Positions 7,499 through 17,885 are shown, counted from the first letter of the stretch. The stretch: DNA of 64,000 nucleotides from Akkermansiaceae bacterium (GCA_045106535.1 JBGCEU010000024.1:1438-65437); one strand, 5' to 3'. Program-made: numbers and translations. Notes: a model not told the origin generated them from the sequence alone.

Positions 7499-8862
7499 TC
7501 GCGATCAAGCAGACCTTTGAGCAGTCCCTTCGCTTTGTCTTCGAGAAGTTTTTTGCCCGCATCTTTTGCCGATTCAGCTAAATCAGGAATTGGTCCTGAT
7601 AGCCGGATTTTTGGATCAGAGAACTCCTCTGTCGATTGAATTGGCAATACCAGCCGATTGGTTCGATATAGCTTATCTGTGATACTATTGACAACAGCCG
7701 GGCGCACCTCCTTGGGCAGATAGCTAATCCCCTTTTCCATCGTTCCTAGGAATTTACCACTAGCGGATTCTGATGCCAGAAGCTCACCTTGGATTTCGTG
7801 TAAGTCGGTACCGAAATCAAGCCAGGAACCATCAATTACGGCGAGTTCCCAGTCACCGACCCAAATGGAGAGCGGCTTGCGCACCTTTATCTTACCTTTA
7901 TGATAGTGCGCGGCGATTGCCTCACTGCGGCCGAACGTAGCCCGCTCGGGCAGCTTGGCTACTTTGACTCCAACTTTTTCTAACATACCCAGCATGCTCC
8001 ATGCTTTATTGATAAATGGAACACGGGTATTTAACCATGAGTCGCGGGAAATACTAAAATCGCCTTCAATATCCGGTTCTGCTTCACCAGTTTGCGGATT
8101 GAAAATCCTCGCAGATGCATCACCGGTGAGAAACATTTCACCGTATGGCCAGCCGCCAACGGAATCAGCACGCACATCCACAGATAAGCTAAGGTGCGCC
8201 GCATCGGTCTCTTGGAGCCGATTCGGGTCAACTCGTATCTCCGAAAGCTCAGCAGTTAAATTTGAGCACATGAGCTTGATATCCATCTCTTCTAATAAAA
8301 TATTCACGCGTGAGTGCTCTATTTTCAAGCTGCCCAGAGTTGCCACAAAATCAGCCTGCTCAAATGCGTTAAAACCATTTCCAGAGCCTTTACCTTCCGT
8401 GCCTTTATTTTCTGATGCCCCACCATCCTTTGGCTTGGAAAACAGCTCTTCTATTGAAGTGCTCCCGTCTTCACGGTAGGTCGTCGTTATATCTGCCCCG
8501 CTGACCGTGATACTTTTCACGTTCACCTGCTTAGTCAGCAGCGCGAGCAGGCTTACCTTGAGGTCGACACGCTCAATTTCGAGACTCGCATCTTTTTCAG
8601 CCTCAGTAGATCTGGGTGAGAGAGTGACATTCGAGAGAGTAATTCTAGCAGGAAAACTAAATACCGAAACCGACACATCCCCTATTTCCACATCGCTATT
8701 AATAGAAGCCTCAATTTCCTCGACCAAAAACTTCTCGGTAATAATCGCTTTTACTGTGATACCAGCTGCAACAAATAGCAGTAGTAGAGCGCCTACACTT
8801 ATGGCTACGAATCGCAGTAGTTTCTTTTTTTTCAGCTCCTTTTGCCTGCGCTTCCCTCGCAT
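7495..8862 (-). CDS. AsmA-family membrane-anchored protein
   Basis: N-terminal transmembrane anchor followed by VEIGDVSVSVFSFPARITLSNVTL...VDLKVSLLALLTKQVNVKSITV, an AsmA N-terminal pattern. Confidence 0.7.
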   Translation of the reverse strand: MRGKRRQKELKKKKLLRFVAISVGALLLLFVAAGITVKAIITEKFLVEEIEASINSDVEIGDVSVSVFSFPARITLSNVTLSPRSTEAEKDASLEIERVDLKVSLLALLTKQVNVKSITVSGADITTTYREDGSTSIEELFSKPKDGGASENKGTEGKGSGNGFNAFEQADFVATLGSLKIEHSRVNILLEEMDIKLMCSNLTAELSEIRVDPNRLQETDAAHLSLSVDVRADSVGGWPYGEMFLTGDASARIFNPQTGEAEPDIEGDFSISRDSWLNTRVPFINKAWSMLGMLEKVGVKVAKLPERATFGRSEAIAAHYHKGKIKVRKPLSIWVGDWELAVIDGSWLDFGTDLHEIQGELLASESASGKFLGTMEKGISYLPKEVRPAVVNSITDKLYRTNRLVLPIQSTEEFSDPKIRLSGPIPDLAESAKDAGKKLLEDKAKGLLKGLLDRD

Positions 8863-8947
8863 GGAACTTAGTTTAGCAAGTGATCTGCTGCACTGAACAG
8901 CTTAATCGGGTCTTGCAAAGCTGACGTGTGTCGAGCTAACTAAATCC

Positions 8948-9319
8948 ATGTTCTTGACGATTACAAGTGGCCTGTGCCTAGTCATTCTTGGCCTTGGAGG
9001 ATTTTTTGGCTGGGAACGTATGGGAGCAGAGGGCAGCCCTGCCGAAATGTTAATGCCCGTCTTCTTTGGCGGCGCACTCATCATCTGCGTAGCATTTGCG
9101 CGAAAACACTTTCGTCACGGTCTCTACGGTGGAATGATTATCGCCCTTCTTGGTATTGTGTCAGCTGTTGTGAGACTTTATCAATACGAAGGTCTACAGA
9201 GTTTCCAGCTACCTAAAACCCACATCATTCTGGCCATGGGAGCTATCTGCATCATGCAGATGTTAATCTCATGGCGAGAGGTTCAGAAAGACAGGAACGA
9301 TGTTGCGCCACCGATCTAG
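8948..9319 (+). CDS. Small integral membrane protein (4 transmembrane segments), unknown function
   Basis: Four hydrophobic segments; TTGCAA-like -35 box upstream. Confidence 0.7.
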   Translation: MFLTITSGLCLVILGLGGFFGWERMGAEGSPAEMLMPVFFGGALIICVAFARKHFRHGLYGGMIIALLGIVSAVVRLYQYEGLQSFQLPKTHIILAMGAICIMQMLISWREVQKDRNDVAPPI

Positions 9320-9337
9320 CAGCGTCGATTTCCCTGA

Positions 9338-11155
9338 TTATTTCTGGATAACGACGCGGGTGCCCACTGGAGTCAGTGAGAAGAGCTTTTTGGCCGCGCT
9401 GTATGGCATACGGATACATCCGTGTGATGCTGGGTAGCCAGGGCAGTTCCCCGAGTGGAATCCAAAAGCACTGCAGCTAAGCCGTTGAAAAAACGGCATA
9501 CTTGAGCCGTAAATCGTTGACCTGTGTGATCGGTGCTTATCGGTAATGACAAAAACACCCGTGGGGGTTCGAAAGCCACGTTTTCCAGTGGAAACCCTAC
9601 TGCTATAGACAACCTCCCCCTTGGCATTATAGAGGCGAACACGCTGTTCAGAGAGATCAAGAACGGCGTGCATTTTCTCATTTTCAGGATCTTGCCCTAA
9701 TATGACCTGCATTGACTTCACATCAGCACGGCGTGATGCAAAGTTCACTGGGTATAAACGATGCTTACCCGAGTAAACGTATTTTTTAGCACCGTGATCA
9801 AGTAGCGACGCGATGATTGAAACATCACCATTGTTCGCGGCCATCATGAGTGGCGAAAGCCTTCGCTCATTCTTGAGAAACCACTGCATCGATTCTTTTT
9901 CCGTTAGTTTCAGAAAATCCTTTGAGGCTGGTCGGGCAAAATACACATTGGGATCAGCTCCATGCTCAAGCAGTAGTCTAACCATTTCGACATTCCGCAT
10001 GGCCACTGCCATGTGGAGTGGACGCTGCTTTTCCCTACCAAGCCCTTCTGGGTTTGCACCATGACGAAGCAATAAATCTGCCAGTGATTCCTTAGATTCC
10101 CTGACGCACGCAGCAATCAAACTATCGGATTGCGATCCCTGCCATGCCGCTAGCGAATACCCATGATCGAACAATAATCTCAGAGTTTCAGTGTCTTCAT
10201 TTTCGATTACTCGTTCAAGCAATCTACTGCCATCCGTCCCCCGAGACAGCAGCATTGCCAGCATGACGTTGTCTTTTCTTTTATAAGCCACATCCGCTAA
10301 GTTACCGACTTCATCGACAGAGCTATTCACATCAGCACCGTAGTTAATTAATTCTACTGACTCTTTAAGCATGCCCCTTTTGACCGCTTCTGCGAGGAGG
10401 TGTTTGTCATTTTTTACGGGAACGGATGGGTCTGCCCCTGCGGTAAATAGCTGCTTAAGCATTTCTGCTCTATCGTGAGAACCTGATAGATGCATCGCAA
10501 GCCAAAGCGGTGTCACACCATTGTCATCGCGAGTATTTACATCAGATCCTGCTCTCACCAGAGCTACGACACATTCCTTGAGCCCATTTTCTGTTGCTAC
10601 ATGTAATGCCGTTCTCCCCTCTTTTCCCTCTGCACTAACATCCGCCCCATTTTCCAAGAGCAATGCCATTGTCTCCAAATCTTTGAATTTAACAGCTTTA
10701 AACAACAGAGGGTTACCGTCATGACCAATTTCGTCAGGCGGGATGCCACCTTTAATCAAACAAACAAACATCTTCTGGTTTCCAGAGTCTATGGCTAGCT
10801 CCAGAGGTCCCTTGCCTGTGCCCGATCGAGCATCTTTGTTCAAGTCGTAGTTAAGCAACATACGGGCACACTGCACGTTACCTGTTCTAACCGCATAGAG
10901 CAGCGGTGTATCACCACTTTTGCTTCTCACCTCCGTGTATGCACCTTCAGCTAAAAGCTTCGCCACTGTGCGATTATCACCTATTTGAACAGCTTCTAAC
11001 AATGCTTGCCCAGAAGCTCCACGGTCAGGAGCATTATCTGACTCCTGACAGGCAGAAATGAAAACGCACACAACGAGCATGCATACCTGCATGCCCCGTA
11101 GGCTTACTTTTCTTCTCCGTCGATTGAACACCCGATGAGTGTAGCCTGAGGACAA
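9338..11155 (-). CDS. Ankyrin-repeat protein fused to a C-terminal L,D-transpeptidase (YkuD) domain
   Basis: Multiple ankyrin motifs (GDTPLLYAV, GRTALHVA, GVTPLWLA, QRPLHMAV, SPLMMAA) and C-terminal VSTGKRGFRTPTGVF...GFHSG...SHGCIRMP; possible lipobox ISAC. Confidence 0.88.
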   Translation of the reverse strand: MSSGYTHRVFNRRRRKVSLRGMQVCMLVVCVFISACQESDNAPDRGASGQALLEAVQIGDNRTVAKLLAEGAYTEVRSKSGDTPLLYAVRTGNVQCARMLLNYDLNKDARSGTGKGPLELAIDSGNQKMFVCLIKGGIPPDEIGHDGNPLLFKAVKFKDLETMALLLENGADVSAEGKEGRTALHVATENGLKECVVALVRAGSDVNTRDDNGVTPLWLAMHLSGSHDRAEMLKQLFTAGADPSVPVKNDKHLLAEAVKRGMLKESVELINYGADVNSSVDEVGNLADVAYKRKDNVMLAMLLSRGTDGSRLLERVIENEDTETLRLLFDHGYSLAAWQGSQSDSLIAACVRESKESLADLLLRHGANPEGLGREKQRPLHMAVAMRNVEMVRLLLEHGADPNVYFARPASKDFLKLTEKESMQWFLKNERRLSPLMMAANNGDVSIIASLLDHGAKKYVYSGKHRLYPVNFASRRADVKSMQVILGQDPENEKMHAVLDLSEQRVRLYNAKGEVVYSSRVSTGKRGFRTPTGVFVITDKHRSHRSTIYGSSMPFFQRLSCSAFGFHSGNCPGYPASHGCIRMPYSAAKKLFSLTPVGTRVVIQK

Positions 11156-11290
11156 TGAACTGTAAACTGAACGAAATTCAACACCACGCCCACACCCATA
11201 GTACGGAGACTGACGAACTCATGACTAAGAAGTCTTAAAAATCACACAATGCTTACGACTTAACGTTTTTGATCTCCTAAAGCAGAATCT

Positions 11291-11869
11291 TTACAAGAAA
11301 CTCTCCCATGCTTCCAGCACGGATCCTTTTCTCCGGTAGCCATAGAGAGGCCTCCATCTAGGAGCTTTCGGAGGGTTTGAAGGGTGCATATTTACCTCAT
11401 GAGGCAACTTGTTAGCTTTGCGATTGTTGCAGCGAAAACATGAAGTCACGATATTATCCCAGCGTGTCTTACCGCCTTTGTCGCGAGGGATGACATGATC
11501 AAGGTTCAAGTCCGATTCGCAAAACACGCGCTCACAGTACTGGCAAGTATGGTGGTCACGAAGGAAAACATTATGTCGAGTAAACTTTACCTCTTTCGTC
11601 GGCAACCGATCATAAATCGCAAGCACGATCACCTTGGGTATCCGTATGGCAAAATTGACAGAACGGATTGCCTCTTCTGCCAATGATGATGCCGATGCCT
11701 CGACCCATGACCCAAAATCATGCGTTTGATATTTCATTTCACCTTCAGCCTCCACCACTTGTGCGTGACCAAGACAAAGGAGCTTCACAGCCCTTCTAAC
11801 AGAACAGGTCTGAATGGGCTGCCAGAGCTTATTAAGGACTAGAACGTTTATACTCAGTGTATTTACCAT
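11291..11869 (-). CDS. HNH endonuclease (McrA-like, stand-alone)
   Basis: FTRHNVFLRDHHTCQYC...LNLDHVIPRDKGGKTRWDNIVTSCFRCNNRKAN. Confidence 0.92.
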   Translation of the reverse strand: MVNTLSINVLVLNKLWQPIQTCSVRRAVKLLCLGHAQVVEAEGEMKYQTHDFGSWVEASASSLAEEAIRSVNFAIRIPKVIVLAIYDRLPTKEVKFTRHNVFLRDHHTCQYCERVFCESDLNLDHVIPRDKGGKTRWDNIVTSCFRCNNRKANKLPHEVNMHPSNPPKAPRWRPLYGYRRKGSVLEAWESFL

Positions 11870-11999
11870 TATTTATTGTGAGGAAGATTGCGAACCGCAT
11901 ACCATGACGCTGAATAGGATTCAAGCCGTAAAACTACAGATTTCTTAAGAATCAGCTCCTCTATTTTCGTCTGGTTTGTAAATCGTGGCTTGTTATTTC

Positions 12000-13475
12000 A
12001 TGCACATGACCGCCTACAACAAGTTGTGTGAAAAGATGAGAGAAATTTCCTTGATAGGAAATGCTGCAGGAGTGCTTGGCTGGGATCAGGAAACTTACAT
12101 GCCACGCGGCGGTGTAGATTATCGCGCCAAGCAGCTAGCATGGCTTTCTGGAAAAACGCACGAGCTTGGAACCTCTGATGATTTCCGCAAGGTACTTGAG
12201 TCTGCTGAAAATGAAGCCAGTGACTCTGTCCAGTCCGCAAATTTACGTGAGATCAGGCATCATTTCGACAGATCAACAAAGCTGCCCAAAGATTTGGTAG
12301 AAAAAGCCTCTGAAGCATCATCACTTGCAAAGTCAGCATGGGCTGAAGCTCGTAAAGAATCGGATTTCTCAATTTTTGAGCCACACTTGAAAACCCAACT
12401 GAATGTTGCCCGAGAAAAGGCTGAGCTCTGGGGCTACGATGATGAACTTTACGACGCACTGCTATGCGGATACGAGCGAGGGTCTAACACAGCCGATGTC
12501 GCACATATTTTTGATAGCGTGTCTGAGGAGCTTGCCGACACAGCGCAAGCTGCCGTCGACAAGGCTTCTAACACGCCAAAAAATTTACTGGATGGTCATT
12601 ATCCCATCGAAAAACAGCAACTGCTAAATCGTGAAATCGCCGAGGACATGGGATTTGATTTCGACAAGGGAAGAATCGACACAACGACGCACCCATTCTG
12701 CACAGGCCTGGGACCATGTGACACGCGATTGACGACTCGTTACCTAGAAAACAACTTCGCATCGTCGATGTTTGGTGTTCTACACGAAGCAGGCCATGGA
12801 CTCTATAATCAGGGATTACTCGAAGATCAGCATGGCTTGCCGGCTGGCAAAGCGGTTTCCCTAGGCATCCATGAGTCACAATCACGCCTCTGGGAAAACC
12901 ATATCGGAAGATCACGCGCCTTCTGGAAAAAATGGCTACCACGGGCGCAGGCGATATTTCCAAATCTGGGTAAGTTAGATCTCGATGTTTTTTTGGCCGC
13001 GATAAACCGCGCCGAGAAATCATTCATACGCGTTGAAGCTGATGAAGCCACCTACGACCTGCATATCATGCTCAGATTTAGCTTGGAGAGAAAAATGCTT
13101 AATCAAGAAATTGAAGTTAAAGACATACCTGCTGCATGGAACGAGGGCTTTGCTAAACTCTTTGGCATGACACCACCTGACGATACCAATGGTTGTCTGC
13201 AGGATATCCACTGGTCAATGGGTGGGTTAGGATACTTCTCAACCTACACGCTAGGTAACTTTAACGCAGCACAGCTCTACCATGCTGCAATGCAAGATGG
13301 AAAGGTAGCTGAGGCCAGTGACTCCGCAAACTACATACCAATGTTGGATTGGATGCGTAAGTCCATTCACGAGAGAGGCAGCACGCTTCTACCGCAGGAT
13401 CTCATGAAAGAAGCCACAGGTGAAGAAACGAACACACGCTACCATCTTGATCACTTGAAGCGTAGGTTTCTGTAG
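12000..13475 (+). CDS. Carboxypeptidase, M32 family
   Basis: HEAGH, HESQSRLWEN, HPFC, IRVEADE and GCLQDIHWS motifs; ATG at 12000 or 12006 preferred over GTG 11985. Confidence 0.95.
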   Translation: MHMTAYNKLCEKMREISLIGNAAGVLGWDQETYMPRGGVDYRAKQLAWLSGKTHELGTSDDFRKVLESAENEASDSVQSANLREIRHHFDRSTKLPKDLVEKASEASSLAKSAWAEARKESDFSIFEPHLKTQLNVAREKAELWGYDDELYDALLCGYERGSNTADVAHIFDSVSEELADTAQAAVDKASNTPKNLLDGHYPIEKQQLLNREIAEDMGFDFDKGRIDTTTHPFCTGLGPCDTRLTTRYLENNFASSMFGVLHEAGHGLYNQGLLEDQHGLPAGKAVSLGIHESQSRLWENHIGRSRAFWKKWLPRAQAIFPNLGKLDLDVFLAAINRAEKSFIRVEADEATYDLHIMLRFSLERKMLNQEIEVKDIPAAWNEGFAKLFGMTPPDDTNGCLQDIHWSMGGLGYFSTYTLGNFNAAQLYHAAMQDGKVAEASDSANYIPMLDWMRKSIHERGSTLLPQDLMKEATGEETNTRYHLDHLKRRFL

Positions 13476-13524
13476 GCCAGCTATAGAAAAAATAGCTAGA
13501 ATCGGAAATAAGGGGGCTAGTTAC

Positions 13525-13836
13525 TCAGTGCCCGGGACAGCTGCTGTCCGTCGGTGAGTCAGCAGCTTCCTCAATCCTCTCCACGAGTCCGCTTTCGGTG
13601 AGATACTGCTCTACCTCGTCACCCGAAACATCTGCAAGCATGTGTCCATTCACGGAGACACAGGGACTGAGTGGCTGCCCGCTTTTTTGTTCCATTTCCC
13701 AGCGAAATGCAGGGTTACTAATGATGTCTTTTTCGGTAAATTCGAGGTTGTATTTACGCATGATGGATCGCACGCCTTCACTCCATCCACAGAAGGTTTT
13801 CAGGTAGCATGTAATATCGAGTTCGTTTTCGCTCAT
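13525..13836 (-). CDS. Glutaredoxin-like protein (monothiol CGWS)
   Basis: YLKTFCGWSEGV...KDI...MEQKSGQPLSPCV.VNG, a thioredoxin-fold pattern. Confidence 0.8.
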   Translation of the reverse strand: MSENELDITCYLKTFCGWSEGVRSIMRKYNLEFTEKDIISNPAFRWEMEQKSGQPLSPCVSVNGHMLADVSGDEVEQYLTESGLVERIEEAADSPTDSSCPGH

Positions 13837-13899
13837 AGTCAGTAGTTGTGTTCCGCCAGTAAGTGACCATAATATGTTTACATTTCAACCGAATTTCTT

Positions 13900-14169
13900 G
13901 TGAATCAGCCTACCAAGAGCACCATAATCTCCGCCAATGGAAAATGCCTTTCCCAGCCACCCGAAGATTTAGATGAGCTGGAAATACTTATCGATGGAAA
14001 ACAGATGGCTAACGGGTGTCACGAAACATCCCTACTTGGTGGAGAGGGTGATCATTTACCTGAATCGATACAGTACCGCCTGATAGCATTCGAGCCACAA
14101 CAGGATGGCACCTGTGTGGCTCGGTATGTAAGGGTGAATGCAGACGAAAAACGATCAGCCAATGATTAG
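13900..14169 (+). CDS. Hypothetical protein (uncertain)
   Basis: 89-aa GTG ORF filling the gap between two minus-strand genes; no recognisable motif. Confidence 0.35.
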   Translation: MNQPTKSTIISANGKCLSQPPEDLDELEILIDGKQMANGCHETSLLGGEGDHLPESIQYRLIAFEPQQDGTCVARYVRVNADEKRSAND

Positions 14170-16211
14170 ACGACCGCTGCCGAAGCAGGGTGCTGATAGA
14201 CACTGTTGAGAATTTCACGGCATTCTGAGACACTGTATTTGGAAACTACTGTTGCAAGCACGGCATCGCCATACCCCTTACGGAGTAGGTTCATGTCCTC
14301 ACCCCAGTCACCACAATTATTTGACGCCATCACACGATGCAACCCTAGCAACTTAGAGAAAGAATCTAGATCTTTGGCACATGCCTGGTGGATCAATTTC
14401 AGGTAATCGGCGTTCGCCATATCACGAGCTACAACCACCGCTCTGGGAGTCTGACCCTCTGGGACATTTTGATATTTAGTGATTAGCTGCTCAAAGAACG
14501 GCGTACCGTCCTCGGGTGCGAGAGCAACTAGCTGGGTGCGCCCATCGAGTTCCTTAGGCTGCTCCGGCTCAGGCTGACTCTGGGTAACAAGCTTTTGAGC
14601 AGAAGTATGCACACCCGGCCTGTCTAGTGGGCTCGGAGTCGTATCAGCCACAGCTTTTGAAACAGCCTCTTCCGCTGCTGGTGCAGGCACCTGCTGAACT
14701 GGCACAGGCACAGGTGGAGGACTAGGAACCTCGGCAATAGCCGCATGCTGCTGCTCAGATTGCGCATCTTGCGTTTTGAATTCTTCGACTTCCACCACAG
14801 GCTCCGGCTGACGGCCCTCTGGCTCATTCTCATCAAGCAAATCAATGCCATCCTCTGTAATCTCTGATTTTTTCTTGCAGAAACGGCTCACCAAAGAAGA
14901 CAAAGCTCCTACGACACCATTTTCCCGAGGTTTCTCCTCCTCTTTAGCGGACGATTCATACTCTGCCATCGCATCAGCCACGTAATCATCGAGGTCATCA
15001 CCTATTGGCTGAGCAGCATCTATCTGGAAAACATTATCAGGCTCTTCGGTATCAACTTTCTCTGCGATTGCTCTGATATCCTCTGCATCCACAGTCTCAA
15101 ATGACTCGATCACCTCGTCTTTGTGCTCATGGGCATCATCATAGCTTTTGAAAAAAGCAGGCTGGGCAACAGCGGATGTCTCTTCCTTAGGCACCTCAGC
15201 AGCGAATACCTCACGAGCCGTGGATTCAGTGACTGCTGCAGTCTCAACTTTAAGTTCTGGAAGTGATTCGGCTTGGGGCGGTTCAATAACTTCGTTGTTA
15301 ACTACTTTTTCGACCTTGGTTTCTATCGCCTGCTCAACCTCTGCAATCTTGCTTAATTCTTCAAAAGTGTCCGTTGTATCGTCCTGACCACTGAGATCAT
15401 TCTCAGCTAATTTAGCCTCAGCTTTTTTATTAGGATCAAATGTTGCCCTACCCTCCTGCACTTTCCATGTCGGGAGTTCACGCTTGGGACCCTCCTGAGA
15501 TACAGGTTCTGGTTCGGACTCTTCAACCGTCTTGGTAGCAGTTTCTGTGTTTGTCTCTGCTTCAGGCTCGTCCTTGAACTCGGGCTTCGTCTCTGATTTT
15601 TTAGTATTAGCCTTAGTTTCCTGCTTATTCACTTGTGACATGAGAGCACGAATCGGCACCGGCTGAGTCAGTCCGTTTAGTAACTCCGCGTGGACATCTT
15701 CCGGCTGATCGTCGTTTTCATTCTCCTCATCCATCTGCGGTCCATCCCACGGGAAATCCTCTCCCATTACCTCATCCACCCATGGAAGCGATTCGACATC
15801 GGCATTCAACAGAGAAATTTCAAACCGCTCATCAATGAGGCTAGCATCAAGAGCCAGAGCAGCTCCGTAGCACCGAATCGCCTGCAGGGGCATATCCGAT
15901 TTCACGAAGAGTTTAGCCAACAATAGGTTTTCTTCTGGACTGCCGAGATTTTTTTCGATCACGGTATTGATGAGCCTCATCGCCCGTGTTGGTTGACCTT
16001 TAGCTACGATTTTTGTTGAAAAAACTATGTCCTCACCCGTCGGTGGAATTTCAGGAGCACTCCAGATCATTTGCGAGGCATCGCGATAGTAGCGAGCATC
16101 GAATAACACTTTAGCGACTTTTTTACGCATCGCCCAGTCATCGGGTGCCTGATCAACTAGCTTAATCAGAAGCTCATGGGCGCCGTCTAGCCCAGTTAGT
16201 GTACTTGTCAT
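14166..16211 (-). CDS. Hypothetical protein: N-terminal TPR-like helices, long acidic low-complexity linker, C-terminal globular region
   Basis: 681-aa ORF with an E/P/A/D-rich centre; TTGACA-N18-CATACT promoter-like sequence upstream. Confidence 0.8.
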   Translation of the reverse strand: MTSTLTGLDGAHELLIKLVDQAPDDWAMRKKVAKVLFDARYYRDASQMIWSAPEIPPTGEDIVFSTKIVAKGQPTRAMRLINTVIEKNLGSPEENLLLAKLFVKSDMPLQAIRCYGAALALDASLIDERFEISLLNADVESLPWVDEVMGEDFPWDGPQMDEENENDDQPEDVHAELLNGLTQPVPIRALMSQVNKQETKANTKKSETKPEFKDEPEAETNTETATKTVEESEPEPVSQEGPKRELPTWKVQEGRATFDPNKKAEAKLAENDLSGQDDTTDTFEELSKIAEVEQAIETKVEKVVNNEVIEPPQAESLPELKVETAAVTESTAREVFAAEVPKEETSAVAQPAFFKSYDDAHEHKDEVIESFETVDAEDIRAIAEKVDTEEPDNVFQIDAAQPIGDDLDDYVADAMAEYESSAKEEEKPRENGVVGALSSLVSRFCKKKSEITEDGIDLLDENEPEGRQPEPVVEVEEFKTQDAQSEQQHAAIAEVPSPPPVPVPVQQVPAPAAEEAVSKAVADTTPSPLDRPGVHTSAQKLVTQSQPEPEQPKELDGRTQLVALAPEDGTPFFEQLITKYQNVPEGQTPRAVVVARDMANADYLKLIHQACAKDLDSFSKLLGLHRVMASNNCGDWGEDMNLLRKGYGDAVLATVVSKYSVSECREILNSVYQHPASAAVV

Positions 16212-16238
16212 AATGTGTAAGGGTGATAGTGATGCCGA

Positions 16239-16268
16239 TAGTATGGCTTCATATCTGACTATTTGTCA
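16239..16268 (-). promoter_or_regulatory. Sigma70-type promoter for the 14166-16211 gene
   Basis: Minus strand reads TTGACA-aatagtcagatatgaagc-CATACT, about 28 nt upstream of the ATG. Confidence 0.5.
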
Positions 16269-16475
16269 AACTTGAAGATCATATTCCCAATAATTTAAAT
16301 AAATATAGAGTTAAATTTTAAAAACATTACTGTTCCGGCTAAATTCCTAATATTTGTACAAAATTTTTACAGAAATCAGTGATTCCGACACTTTTTTCCT
16401 CACATTCTGAGCAAACATTTTATCGGCACAGAAAAAAGATCGTCAGTCCTGCCTATCTTGTGGTTCTTTTGAGTC

Positions 16476-17852
16476 GTGCAGAGCAATACCGATACCGTCA
16501 TTCTGGGAGCTGGCATCAGTGGGCTATGCGTTGCTCATGTGTTAAATAAAGAACACAAATCATTGTTGGTCCTCGAATCATCTAACCAGGTTGGAGGAGC
16601 GATCCAAAGTAGCCAAGCAGATGGCTACCTCGCAGAGCACGGACCTAATAGCATCCTTGTTAAAGACAAGCGTGTAGCGACTCTACTGGATGATGTTGGA
16701 TTAAACGTCACAGAGACTCTACCCGCGAGGGAGGAAGCTAAAAAGCGCTACATCGTCCACAATGGAGAACCGCATGCGATGCCCGCAGGCCCATTTGGCA
16801 TGCTGAAAACTCCCTTGTTTTCCTTTGGCGGCAAATTACGTTTTGCGCTCGAGCCCTTTACCGGTCGATACCAAGGTCGCGAAAAAGGTCTGGGTGAGGA
16901 AAGCTTTGCTGATTTTGTTAGACGTCGGCTCGGCCCGGATATGCTCGCAAGTGCAGCCGGTCCGTTTGTCAGCGGCATTTATGCCGGTGACCCGGAAAAA
17001 CTGTCTGTCCGGCACGCATTTCCACGCTTGTGGAATCTGGAAGAGCGCTACCGATCATTTATTCTCGGAGCACTCGCTCTTCAGTTTGGAGGAGGAAATA
17101 ATCCTCACCGCCTAGCACCCAGTCAGATGCTTTCCTTCAACTCTGGTATGCATGCGATGCCAAAGGCAATCGCCGACCACCTATCGGATGATATCTTGAA
17201 ACTCGATTGCAAGATCGACGATATCCAAAAAACCGATACCGGATGGCGTGTTTGCTGGAGCAATTCTAACGGCCAACACGAAACGGAATGCCGAAATCTC
17301 GTTAGCACCGCACCGCACCATCGACTTGGTGAGATCCCCCTGCCCGACTCAGTTTCTAAGGATCTCGCTCCTGTCGTTTCTCTAGACTCCCCGCCAGTGA
17401 CTAGCCTCGTTCTTGGATTTAGGAGAGAAGACATAACTCACCCGTTAGATGGTTTTGGCATGCTGATCAAGCAATCGGAGAACAGCCCTCTGTTAGGCGT
17501 CCTCTTCTCCTCAAGCATGTTTGATGGCCGTGCTCCGGAAGGACATGTCACCCTCACCTGCATGATGGGTGGAACGATTCACCCAGAATTCGCGGAGAAT
17601 TCTGACGAAACCGTTCTCGCTGAACTGAAGCGCCTGTTAGGCGTCGATGGCAAACCCACTTTCAGACATAAGACCTCCTGGTCTAAGGCAATTCCGCAGT
17701 ATGGACTCGGCTATCAAAGCGTGCTTGATGCTCTGGAAAATGTGGAAAAAGAGCATTCAGGCCTGCACTTTGCCGGCAACTACCGAGGCGGCATATCCGT
17801 TGGTGACTGCATCGTGAATGGCTTGGAACTAGGAAAAAGGATCTCTACCTAA
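16476..17852 (+). CDS. hemY: Protoporphyrinogen/coproporphyrinogen oxidase (HemY type)
   Basis: GAGISGL FAD motif, EHGPNS, PFVSGIYAGDP, IPQY and AGNYRGGISVGDCI. Confidence 0.93.
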   Translation: MQSNTDTVILGAGISGLCVAHVLNKEHKSLLVLESSNQVGGAIQSSQADGYLAEHGPNSILVKDKRVATLLDDVGLNVTETLPAREEAKKRYIVHNGEPHAMPAGPFGMLKTPLFSFGGKLRFALEPFTGRYQGREKGLGEESFADFVRRRLGPDMLASAAGPFVSGIYAGDPEKLSVRHAFPRLWNLEERYRSFILGALALQFGGGNNPHRLAPSQMLSFNSGMHAMPKAIADHLSDDILKLDCKIDDIQKTDTGWRVCWSNSNGQHETECRNLVSTAPHHRLGEIPLPDSVSKDLAPVVSLDSPPVTSLVLGFRREDITHPLDGFGMLIKQSENSPLLGVLFSSSMFDGRAPEGHVTLTCMMGGTIHPEFAENSDETVLAELKRLLGVDGKPTFRHKTSWSKAIPQYGLGYQSVLDALENVEKEHSGLHFAGNYRGGISVGDCIVNGLELGKRIST

Positions 17853-17885
17853 CAGCAATCCAAAAAATCACCATACCTAATCCCC

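Noticed and set aside
11291-11869. HNH nuclease as IscB/Cas9-like, retron or mobile-element protein
   Set aside because: Only 192 aa, no RuvC or RRXRR motifs, no flanking repeats or structured RNA; fits the common stand-alone HNH family.
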